Origin: an uncultured Dehalococcoidales bacterium
Lineage (GTDB): Bacteria > Chloroflexota > Dehalococcoidia > Dehalococcoidales > UBA5627
Reading direction: 5' to 3'
NCBI GenBank assembly: GCA_964399425.1
Contig: CAYNQR010000002.1
Location: 97,084-161,083 of the forward strand
Length of the DNA stretch: 64,000 nt
Of the stretch, positions 36,001-44,898 are shown piece after piece. The translations under genes and the position numbers were made by a program. The notes below the pieces were generated by a model, which worked only from the letters and a program-made list of their open reading frames with translations, was not told the origin of the DNA and ran no database searches. Position 1 is the stretch's first letter, and each line of letters starts with the position of its first letter.

Positions 36001-37013
36001 GGGGCGATGTCAGCGGACCAACTCATGCAAGCAATCCCGATGGTAATGGAGATATAATTTCCGATAATGTCAACTACGAACCATGGTTGGGTGGCAGTAT
36101 TGAACAGGAAATACTTGGAGAAGATATAAACTACTATATAGATTCCGATGGTAAAATACTTGAAGAAATAATTGCTACTTCCGATGACGGTAGTTTTACC
36201 ATCACAATTCCTGAAGGAACAATTGCTCTTGATGAATCCGGTGAGCCACTGCCCGGTATCGATGTTAGCACGGGCAACGGTATAGATCCGCCGGAGAATG
36301 CTGCTATCGTAGGTTTGATTTATAACTGGGGGCCTGAAGGGGCTACATTCGACCCGTATATAATATTTGAATTTCACTATGATGATGAGGATATCCCGAG
36401 CGGTTTCGAAGAAAAGAATTTAGTTATTATGTATTATGATTCTGATGCAGAGGAGTGGGTCGCTCTCGAAACCTTTGTCGATACACTTAATAACGTTGCA
36501 ACAGCCTACGTAACACACTTCACATCGTTTTCATTGTTTTCAGTTGAGCCGGAAATTGTAACGACCACCATTGTTTCGACAACAACAGATACAACAACAG
36601 TTGTTTCGACGATAACAAATACAACATCCATTGTTTCGTCGACAACAAATACTACAACCATAATTATTCCGGACAATACGATAACTGTTACAGTAACACA
36701 GATGTTACCGCAGTCGACCGTAACGCAGACAATGCCGCAAGCGACCGTAACTCAACTTCTACCGGGCACGGAGGAAACAGTTACGCTGCCGGTTACTATA
36801 ACGCAAACCGGTGCCGGAGCTACTGTAACACAAACTGCATTTCAAACAACAGCGATAACTACTACACAACAAAGCACAACGACTGCGACATCGACAACCA
36901 CGCAAACTATAACTCAGGACGTTATCAATTGGACAATAACCATAGTAATAGCGGTAATCGCATTGCTAATCGGGGCGCTGTTAATTGCAATAATTGCCAG
37001 GCGCATTCAATAA
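33057..37013 (+). CDS. Large secreted, C-terminally anchored surface protein with two parallel beta-helix (NosD/CASH, pectin-lyase-like) modules and a Thr-rich stalk
   Basis: Signal peptide (..ALNVWA-AD); two modules starting IQxAID..GxTxNxAAGTY and ending xATLNWWGD..GPTHASN; many I.NNTI repeats; Thr-rich segment about 36555-36920; terminal TM followed by RR; AAGGAGG RBS. Confidence 0.85.
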   Translation: MIRGIKTSGRWLLSVVLMIVISVALTAALNVWAADSPEIHHGVFAEAPYAQEDLTAVVNYKYQAPLIAGGSYVSTTEYGTMEAVLISFDGGSTYATDRGGCIYIQTVITGLSAGDIVEVDNDYFYNDGSGYSSYWDQAAYWIEVGDYTHNALNTINNWLIYIEPDGSGTYTVVIGSGQYNLAENDDDLTTIIGHSFQLTRDVKVYSGQTLSNPSVSSRGYTYSTNEDTSGWGTPIIDESYSTPDLTYVAPQFTYVNDDWAGADNGDIVGDSHVFGMDAFATIQQAIDGTADGGTVNIAAGTYVNDPYNSSLSIPESYRITKQITLLGAQAGVSPEGSVDRGEETILVRTNGTPYSLYASNIIIDGFTFTSGDGSGGGRIIVVGDNVVIQNCIIRDISGTDPHGLWIATDADNALIDNNTFSNTAWEAITCDGNAIISNNTIKNIASNKGINLSDTSDVTVTNNTISNTFYEGIFCAGEAIITFNDISSVYIGIQLRPSSNATVSNNVIYNTQYEGIAAHAAATVQDNEIYGCYHGIQIRNAASGWTIQGNNIHDNTYHGIEMPNYEGSEPVVTQALIENNTFAGNGGWGIYIGGAGEGSGLNITQNLFTGDNVNGALAAHNLASPVNATLNWWGDTGGPTHASNTYNIGQQGDAVSDNVIFAPWLDAAPPGGESFAPVTNGDNSYASIQAAIDDATAGDTINVAAGTYDENITVDKSLTINGAGAGDTTIDGDGSGVVVLITASNVTFQGFNVTGSGNNIQAHAGIVLQGVTGCTIENNTVSNNDANGIALAISSNNIIRNNATNNNGAWGIVVVNPGTNDSEATAMASTGNTFEGNTSNDNGAEGIYLDKRCNNNSVIDNTLSGNSGNGIHLYESHNNTITGNTISDNVLSGIYIKSHDNDVSENTITGNNTGNSSEHAGIYLKSGWIDHKSHVEGNQLLAENNSINHNNISGNNNAGVLYLENEYTYDDDLVIDATLNWWGDVSGPTHASNPDGNGDIISDNVNYEPWLGGSIEQEILGEDINYYIDSDGKILEEIIATSDDGSFTITIPEGTIALDESGEPLPGIDVSTGNGIDPPENAAIVGLIYNWGPEGATFDPYIIFEFHYDDEDIPSGFEEKNLVIMYYDSDAEEWVALETFVDTLNNVATAYVTHFTSFSLFSVEPEIVTTTIVSTTTDTTTVVSTITNTTSIVSSTTNTTTIIIPDNTITVTVTQMLPQSTVTQTMPQATVTQLLPGTEETVTLPVTITQTGAGATVTQTAFQTTAITTTQQSTTTATSTTTQTITQDVINWTITIVIAVIALLIGALLIAIIARRIQ

Positions 37014-37026
37014 ATATTCGATAAAT

Positions 37027-37066
37027 AAACTATAAGGCTGGGCTTAACCTCTCAGCCTTATAGTTT
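37027..37066. terminator. Bidirectional intrinsic terminator
   Basis: Perfect 14-bp inverted repeat aaactataaggctg / cagccttatagttt between convergent genes. Confidence 0.8.
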
Positions 37067-37082
37067 GTAACTGAACGGCAGT

Positions 37083-37712
37083 CTATACCGGTTTCGGGAT
37101 TAAAACACCGACCGGGCAGTTTTTAACGCATTCCATGCAGAAATCGCAATGCGCTACCGTCTCGAAGCAGGCAATTTTCGTATTATATCCCCGGTTAACA
37201 AAGTAGATATGGCTTGCCCCGTATATTTTTTCACAGGTTTGAACGCATATTCCGCAGCGGACGCATTTGTTGGGGTCGTAGTAAAGAAAAGGGGTTAGAG
37301 TCTCAAGCGGCAGTTTATTTTTAGGAAGCCGTAAGTTATCTATCCTTCGCCTGTCGATATGTAGATGCGCCATAATTTTTTGAAGCTCGCATTTTCCGTT
37401 TGCCGGGCATTCACGACAGGTGAAGTGGTGATCAGCAATGATGAGTTCAATAACGGGGCGAATTGCCGCATCTATTTCAGGAGTCATGGTTTTAACAATC
37501 ATGCCGTCTTCTAGCGGTGTACGGCAAGCCAGCACAATTTTTTCGTTATTAACTTCAACCCTGCATAAGCGGCAAACACCGCCGGGAACCAGGTCGGCGT
37601 TGTAGCAGAGATGCGGAATATAGATATCATTTTCCAGGGCTGCCTCCATAACGGTCATTCCCTTATCGGCATCGAATTGCCTGCCATCGATAGAAAAGCG
37701 TATCTTATTCAT
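37083..37712 (-). CDS. HoxU/NuoG-N-terminal-like Fe-S subunit ([2Fe-2S], His-ligated [4Fe-4S], 2x[4Fe-4S])
   Basis: IPHLC..GVCRLC..LAC, HHFTCRECPANGKCELQ, CVRCGICVQTC, CDFCMECVKNCP. Only 209 aa, with no H-cluster or Mo domain. Confidence 0.85.
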   Translation of the reverse strand: MNKIRFSIDGRQFDADKGMTVMEAALENDIYIPHLCYNADLVPGGVCRLCRVEVNNEKIVLACRTPLEDGMIVKTMTPEIDAAIRPVIELIIADHHFTCRECPANGKCELQKIMAHLHIDRRRIDNLRLPKNKLPLETLTPFLYYDPNKCVRCGICVQTCEKIYGASHIYFVNRGYNTKIACFETVAHCDFCMECVKNCPVGVLIPKPV

Positions 37713-39402
37713 CTATATTTTCTCCGCCATTGAGGAATTGGCATACCTTTGCGGGGCATCTTTTATGATTTATGTGGGCTTCATATTCATCCCTGAAATA
37801 ACGCAGAGTAGTCAAAACCGGGTTGGGAGCAGTCCTTCCCAGTCCGCAAAGCGAGGTCTCGGCCACCGAATCGCTGATTTCGAGAAGCATATCGATATCC
37901 GTCTGTTTGCCTTTCCCTTTTGCAATATCATCAAGAATCTCGAACATCTGTTTTGTGCCCAGACGGCAGGGAATACATTGCCCGCAGGATTCCTGCCTGG
38001 CAAAATCGAGAAAAAAGCGCGCCACATCTACCATGCAGGTATCTTCATCTAAAACGACCATACCGCCGGAACCCATAATCGAGCCGGCAGCTGCCAGCGA
38101 ATCGAATGCAACCGGCAGGTCGAGCAGTTCGGCCGGCAAGCATCCACCCGAAGGGCCGCCTGTCTGAACCGCTTTAAATGTTTTACCGTTCGGGATGCCT
38201 CCTCCGATATCGTAAATTATCTTTCGAAGAGTGATTCCCATCGGCACCTCGATAAGTCCGCGGTTAGACACCTTGCCGGTAAGCGCAAATATTGCCGTGC
38301 CTTTGCTGCTATCAGTCCCGCGTTCGGCAAACCACTGTGCACCGTTTGTGATAATTGCCGGGATATTGGCGAATGTTTTGACGTTATTGATATCGGTGGG
38401 TTTTCCCCATAAACCGCTTTGAGCGGGAAAAGGAGGGCGGTGGCGCGGCATTCCCCTGTTTCCTTCGATAGATGCCAATAGCGCCGATTCTTCACCGCAG
38501 ACAAAGGCTCCGGCGCCTTCCCTGATTTCGATATCGAAACTAAAACCCGAATCCAGTATATTTTCACCCAGAAGCCGGTATTGGCGCATTTGTTCTATGG
38601 CGGTTCTCACTCTTTTTATGGCCAGTGGATATTCATCCCTGATATATATATAACCGCGACTGCATCCGATGGCATAGGCTGCAATCAGCATTCCTTCCAG
38701 TACCGAATGAGGGTCGCTTTCGAGAAGCGACCTGTCCATATAGGCTCCCGGGTCGCCTTCGTCGGCATTGCAAATCAGGTATTTCGGGAAGGATTCCGCC
38801 TTGCGGCATTCCTTCCATTTGAACCCGGTAGGGAAACCAGCCCCGCCGAGTCCCCGTAATCCCGATTTCTCCACTTCATCTATAATATCCCCCTTGGGAA
38901 TGCATAGAGCTTTTTCGAAACCCTTATAGCCTCCAAGCGCGATATATTGAGAAATATCCTCGGGGTTAATCATGCCGATATTTTTGAGAACCGTGCGCTG
39001 CTGGTGTTTCATGAAATCGATTTCGAAGAGGTCGGCAATGCCGTCTATTTCACTTCCCCAAACGGCGAGTGCCAGGTCGGGACGGCAATTATTATTCAGC
39101 AGGTAATCCTTTACAAGCTCCGCGGCTGTATCCGGAGCAAGATTTTTATAAGTGATGCGGGGTTGCCCCGGTTTAATGATATCTACCATCGGCTCGCAGT
39201 AGCACATACCCAGGCAGCCGGTCTTGTGAATACGGGCTTGAATGCGGTTTTTAATCAGGGCGGATTCTATGGATTTGTATACGGATAGGGCGCCGGCAGC
39301 TTCGCCGCAGGTAGCCATGCCGATAAATATCTGCGGTATGGAAGGGTCTGTTATCGACTGCCATTCATTTTCAGCTTTTGCCCTGGAATCTGCCAATCCC
39401 AT
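37705..39402 (-). CDS. NuoF/HoxF/HydB-like FMN/NAD(P)H-binding subunit
   Basis: N-terminal thioredoxin-like Cys motif (ATCG..GCLGMCYCEP), SGLRGLGGAGFPTG, NADEGDPGAYMDR, FVCGEESAL, ESCGQCIPCR..SLCGLG. Confidence 0.9.
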   Translation of the reverse strand: MGLADSRAKAENEWQSITDPSIPQIFIGMATCGEAAGALSVYKSIESALIKNRIQARIHKTGCLGMCYCEPMVDIIKPGQPRITYKNLAPDTAAELVKDYLLNNNCRPDLALAVWGSEIDGIADLFEIDFMKHQQRTVLKNIGMINPEDISQYIALGGYKGFEKALCIPKGDIIDEVEKSGLRGLGGAGFPTGFKWKECRKAESFPKYLICNADEGDPGAYMDRSLLESDPHSVLEGMLIAAYAIGCSRGYIYIRDEYPLAIKRVRTAIEQMRQYRLLGENILDSGFSFDIEIREGAGAFVCGEESALLASIEGNRGMPRHRPPFPAQSGLWGKPTDINNVKTFANIPAIITNGAQWFAERGTDSSKGTAIFALTGKVSNRGLIEVPMGITLRKIIYDIGGGIPNGKTFKAVQTGGPSGGCLPAELLDLPVAFDSLAAAGSIMGSGGMVVLDEDTCMVDVARFFLDFARQESCGQCIPCRLGTKQMFEILDDIAKGKGKQTDIDMLLEISDSVAETSLCGLGRTAPNPVLTTLRYFRDEYEAHINHKRCPAKVCQFLNGGENIDE

Positions 39403-39429
39403 CCTGTACCTCCGCTAATAAAATTGAAA

Positions 39430-40155
39430 TTATCCGTAGCTTTCGTCGTTTATCTCAGTGACTTTGAAGAGTTTTTTAATTTTATCCGAGTCCATTTTTC
39501 CGTATGTTTCACTGTTTACCGTTACAACCGGAGCCAGAGCGCAACAGCCGACACAGGCTACGGTGTCGAGAGTATACTCATTGTCTGCAGAAGTTTCGCC
39601 CTCTTTTATGCCCAGCAGTTTCTCGGTATCTCTTGTCAACTGAGGCGCGCCGCTGATATGGCAGGCGGTGCCTCGGCAGATACAGACATGCCGTCTTCCG
39701 GGAGGAGTAAGCCGCAGGGATTTATAAAAAGAAGCCACCGAATGAATATGTCCCTCTGGCAACTTAAGAAAGCGGGCGATATGGCTGACCATATCTTTCG
39801 GCAGGTAACCGAAATTGGACTGGAGTTCGAGCAGAATGGGGATTAAGCCGCTTTTATCGCCGTTGTAAAAGGAAAGAACCTTGCCTAATCTCAGGTATTT
39901 AAACAGGGGGATGCTCATCGGGCATTCCGTGGTACAATCACCGCAATCGTTACATTCGTCGATACCGTGTTTTTTGCTATCGGCAAAGCGGCCGTTTTTA
40001 ATATCTTCCAAAAGAATCGACGGCCAAAGACCTTTATCGCAGACTTCCAGGCATAAGCTGCAATCGATGCAGGGATTTTCCCTTATCAATTCTTTATCGG
40101 AAGGCTTATCATCCCGCTTTTTGAAAAAAGACAGAACCGGCGCAATCTTGTTCAT
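39430..40155 (-). CDS. NuoE/HoxE-like [2Fe-2S] subunit with N-terminal 2x[4Fe-4S] domain
   Basis: C-terminal ILLELQSNFGYLP..VASFY..ICRGTACH..ACVGCCALAP; N-terminal CIDCSLCLEVC and CNDCGDCTTECP. Confidence 0.85.
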   Translation of the reverse strand: MNKIAPVLSFFKKRDDKPSDKELIRENPCIDCSLCLEVCDKGLWPSILLEDIKNGRFADSKKHGIDECNDCGDCTTECPMSIPLFKYLRLGKVLSFYNGDKSGLIPILLELQSNFGYLPKDMVSHIARFLKLPEGHIHSVASFYKSLRLTPPGRRHVCICRGTACHISGAPQLTRDTEKLLGIKEGETSADNEYTLDTVACVGCCALAPVVTVNSETYGKMDSDKIKKLFKVTEINDESYG

Positions 40156-40352
40156 CTTCTACATTATCCTCAGCAATAACTTTAGCATGATACTAGCCAT
40201 AAAAACCTCTATTAGTATATCAACTAAATCGGATAAATATAGTCCAGTATATAGTAAAATAGCTGTTTTGTCACTATTTTATTGGATATAAGTATATGCC
40301 GGTTTATATACAAATTAAACAATAATTATTTCAGGCGGCAGAGAAAAATACC

Positions 40353-40380
40353 TTGACAAAAAAGCAGTAATTATTATATT
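40353..40380 (+). promoter_or_regulatory. Possible promoter upstream of mgsD
   Basis: TTGACA-16 bp-TATATT, about 270 nt before the start codon. Confidence 0.3.
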
Positions 40381-40649
40381 GTTAGTCGGCGCTGTCTGGC
40401 ATATCAGTTCACTTCAAATTTCCGACTGTAATCTTATCCGTATTATCAGTATCAAATAAATCAATGCGACCTTAAAAAATGCGTTTAAGACGGGTAAAAC
40501 GGAATACGTAAAATAGAGGTTATTGATTGCCGGATTTAATGCAATATTTAATATAACAGGTATTATAACGTATAAAAAACATGAAAATTTTAATATTATT
40601 TCTGGTAGAATTTCTGCCATAGTAAGAATTGTAAAAGGAGGAAAATGTT

Positions 40650-42713
40650 ATGCGTTTTGAAGCTATCAGACCTGCCGACCATATAGGTCCGGTTAAAATA
40701 CATGCTGTCTGCCGCGCTCTCGAACTGGATTCCGGTTCGGATGCGGGCGTTCTTGCAAAAGACAACGCCGGCACGCGCCGTATAACGCGTGAAGCCAGTT
40801 CGAATATCGAACAGAAGCTGGCAATTGTTTTACCTGTGAAGAACGAGGACTTGAAAGTATTCGAGGGAGTGCTGAGCGGTATTCCGCATGATTGCCTGAT
40901 GATAGTTATATCAAACAGCAATCCGGACTATTTTAAAAGCGAAAAAGACATTGTAAACCGCTTTTGCAATGTGAATAAGCGCCAGGCCCTGGTTGTCCAT
41001 CAAAAAGACCCCGATCTTGCCAACGCCTTTTCGTTTTCCGGTTATCCGGATATCATCGATGATGACGGGCTTATCCGCAACGGTAAAAGCGAGGGGATGA
41101 TAATCGGCATCATAATGTCGAAAATAATGGGCAGGGAATACGTAGGATTTATCGATACCGATAATTACATTCCGGGTGCCGTAATGGAGTATGTTAAACA
41201 TTATGCCTCCGGTTTCAGCATGATTGAATCGCCGTACGCCATGGTTCGTATTTTATGGAAATATAAACCGAAACTGATCGGAGAATTATATTTTAAGAAA
41301 TGGGGGCGCGTTTCAGAGATAAGCAACCGTTTTGTAAATGCGCTGCTTTCCACCAAGGGCAGATTTGAAACCGAGGTAATTAAGACTGCGAATGCCGGAG
41401 AGCATGCCATGAGTCTGGAACTGGCTATGAGGCTGACCTACGGTTCCGGTTATGCCGTAGAGACGCAGGAATTGATATCAATACTTGAGAATTTCAGCGG
41501 CATTTTGGAACCAACCGATGACCTGATTTTCGAAAAAGGCGTGGAAGTTATCCAGACGGAATCCATCAATCCCCATCTGCATGCCGAAAAAGGAGACGAC
41601 CACCTGCTGCAGGAGATGCTGCTTCCCAGTCTTTCCGTGATATATTACAGTCCCCTGTGTGAAGAAAAAACGAAAGAAATGATTAAAAAGCAACTGGTAG
41701 ATATGGAATGTATAAAGGAGGGAGATGAAGTTCCCAATATACAATTGATAGCGCCTCCGCAGAACATCTACCTTTCAATGTTTGCAGATAATATAGAAAG
41801 TATCATGCCGAGATTCGTTGTTCCGGATAAATCGATTTATAGAATAGCCGTCGACCGGAGAAAGAAACCGGATTCTGCCAAAAAAGTGGTTGTTACCGAC
41901 CTCGACGGAACGCTGCTCGATTCTCAAAATTATTCTTATATCCTGGCGCTCGATGCCATCAGGAAGCTGCAGGGAATGGATATCCCGATTGTTTTTTGCT
42001 CTTCGAAAACAAGATCGGAACAGGAAGTATATCGTGAGGAACTGGATATCAACGCGCCTTTCATTGTGGAAAACGGAGGCGCTCTATATATTCCCAAGGA
42101 TTATTTCAGGCTGCCGTTTTCTTATGACAAAGTTGTTTCCGACTATATGGTTGTCGAATTCGGTGTCGCTTATCATGAACTGCGTCATAAACTAAAGCAA
42201 GCATTGGATTCTGCCTATCATCAGATTGAGACTAACAGTCTGGGTGAAATACTTATTAACAGCTTCGGAGATATGACAATCGAAGAAGTTGCCAAAGAAA
42301 CCGGGCTGGGGTTAAAAATGGCTGCTCTGGCTAAACAAAGGGAATACAGCGAAACGATAACGATTAAAGGCAGCAAAAGAGCCGTAGAAGCGGCGTTCGA
42401 TGAAATAAAGAAGGCCGGTTTGTTATGCACGTTCGGCGGCCGGTTTTATGAAGTTACCGGAGGCAACGACAAGGGGAAGGCAGTAAAAATACTCCTTGAA
42501 CTCTACAAGATGAACTATGGAAATGTAGCGTCATTCGGAATAGGAAACAATGTAAACGACCTGCCTCTTCTTTCACAGACAGATTCCCGTATGCTGGTTC
42601 AGGGAGCGGATAGAAGATGGAGCCGTATGAATATCTCCGGTCTCTACAAGGTCAGGGGAATCGGCCCCGACGGATGGAGTAAAGCTATCGAAATGATGCT
42701 CTCCAAACCGTAA
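40650..42713 (+). CDS. mgsD: Bifunctional mannosyl-3-phosphoglycerate synthase/phosphatase (mannosylglycerate synthesis)
   Basis: MPGS domain (IVLPVKNE, GKSEGM, GFIDTDNYIPG, WGRVSE, NAGEHAMS) fused to a HAD MPGP domain (VVTDLDGTLLD, SSKT, VENG, GGRFY, DKGKAV). Confidence 0.9.
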   Translation: MRFEAIRPADHIGPVKIHAVCRALELDSGSDAGVLAKDNAGTRRITREASSNIEQKLAIVLPVKNEDLKVFEGVLSGIPHDCLMIVISNSNPDYFKSEKDIVNRFCNVNKRQALVVHQKDPDLANAFSFSGYPDIIDDDGLIRNGKSEGMIIGIIMSKIMGREYVGFIDTDNYIPGAVMEYVKHYASGFSMIESPYAMVRILWKYKPKLIGELYFKKWGRVSEISNRFVNALLSTKGRFETEVIKTANAGEHAMSLELAMRLTYGSGYAVETQELISILENFSGILEPTDDLIFEKGVEVIQTESINPHLHAEKGDDHLLQEMLLPSLSVIYYSPLCEEKTKEMIKKQLVDMECIKEGDEVPNIQLIAPPQNIYLSMFADNIESIMPRFVVPDKSIYRIAVDRRKKPDSAKKVVVTDLDGTLLDSQNYSYILALDAIRKLQGMDIPIVFCSSKTRSEQEVYREELDINAPFIVENGGALYIPKDYFRLPFSYDKVVSDYMVVEFGVAYHELRHKLKQALDSAYHQIETNSLGEILINSFGDMTIEEVAKETGLGLKMAALAKQREYSETITIKGSKRAVEAAFDEIKKAGLLCTFGGRFYEVTGGNDKGKAVKILLELYKMNYGNVASFGIGNNVNDLPLLSQTDSRMLVQGADRRWSRMNISGLYKVRGIGPDGWSKAIEMMLSKP

Positions 42714-42788
42714 TTTTAAGATAAACCATCTTAACATAAGAATCGAAGGGGAATCGGCAATAAGTACTTTCTGTAAGCAGGCCTTGGA

Positions 42789-42830
42789 TTTAGCTCCGCC
42801 CATCTTATTAAGGACAGGAGCGGAGCTAAA
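42789..42830. other. Stem-loop between convergent mgsD and gap
   Basis: 11-bp inverted repeat tttagctccgc / gcggagctaaa. No canonical downstream U-tract on either strand. Confidence 0.4.
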
Positions 42831-42857
42831 AAATTTCATATTCGCGAGAAAAGAAAT

Positions 42858-43880
<1,023 letters not shown>

Positions 43881-43897
43881 TTATTTAATGGAATATA

Positions 43898-44893
43898 CTA
43901 TCTGCCGGGATTGCGTTTCAGCATATCTATAAAAGCTTCGATGCGTGTCCTGATATGCTGGTCGAGGTAAAAATTATCGTTGCCCTCCAGTGTCAGCATG
44001 GGTAATTTAAAGACGTCCTTGAATATAATACCACCAATGCCCCTGTAACAGAAAGCCTGAACGTAGTGTATTATGCCGTCTATCTGTCTCTCTTCAAGCT
44101 CTTTTTGGATATCATTTATCCTGTAATCGATAGAGTACGGATATGTATAAATAGAGTATTGTTCGGCAAGGGAATTTGCCTCTTGCGTCATAGCGAACTG
44201 TCTCTGCACTTCGTTATAAACCACTCTGGCGCCGTTATTTTCTATGAAATAATACATTTCTTTCCCATACACCGACGGAACTCCGATGTAAGCGAGCCGC
44301 AGGGTATCTTCGGGATAGGTATGGCGTTTTCCGGCGCTGTCGATTACAGCTTGAAGTTGTTTTCGATAGCCTTTGTAATCCGTATTGAAATCCGAGGCGG
44401 ATACCAGCCACAGGTGGTTTTCGAAGCCGCTCGCTTTGTTGTCTTTCCACGTTAGGGAGTCCAGTTTATCTGCAAGATTGCGGCAAGCTGCCAATTCTAT
44501 CCTGATATTTTCTGCTGCCTCAATCGTCGTTCCCAGTTCCGCAGCCAGTTTATTCAAGGTCTTCTGCATTTCGGCGATATCGGGTTGTTCGGGATAGGCA
44601 AAGGGGATGGTTTTTAAACCTTTGTGTTTTAAAACCTCCATCAGCATTACGGTATTGGAGCAATCGCCGTTGGTGACGCACATCACGGTATCGATATCGT
44701 ATTCCATGCAGACGCCATAAATGCCCTTTATCCAGCCGCAGCAATTGATGGGGAAACCGTCTTTTTCGGCGATTTTTATCAGGCGTTCCGTGTCGGGGTC
44801 TCCGATAAAGATATTGTTGAGGTCGACCGGCTGAAAGCCTGCGGCCAGCAGTACCTCAATGGGGACATTGGTGGTGATGCCGATTTTATTCAT
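43898..44893 (-). CDS. 2-hydroxyacyl-CoA dehydratase (HgdB/FldB-like) family subunit
   Basis: PIEVLLAAG, CCGWIKGIYG, GDCSNT, IHYVQAFCYR, RTRIEAFIDML. Confidence 0.75.
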   Translation of the reverse strand: MNKIGITTNVPIEVLLAAGFQPVDLNNIFIGDPDTERLIKIAEKDGFPINCCGWIKGIYGVCMEYDIDTVMCVTNGDCSNTVMLMEVLKHKGLKTIPFAYPEQPDIAEMQKTLNKLAAELGTTIEAAENIRIELAACRNLADKLDSLTWKDNKASGFENHLWLVSASDFNTDYKGYRKQLQAVIDSAGKRHTYPEDTLRLAYIGVPSVYGKEMYYFIENNGARVVYNEVQRQFAMTQEANSLAEQYSIYTYPYSIDYRINDIQKELEERQIDGIIHYVQAFCYRGIGGIIFKDVFKLPMLTLEGNDNFYLDQHIRTRIEAFIDMLKRNPGR

Positions 44894-44898
44894 AAGGA

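Noticed and set aside
36555-36920. acaacaaca-type nucleotide repeats as a tandem repeat or phase-variation tract
   Set aside because: Explained by Thr-rich coding sequence; no perfect homopolymer or short-unit tract that would shift frame.
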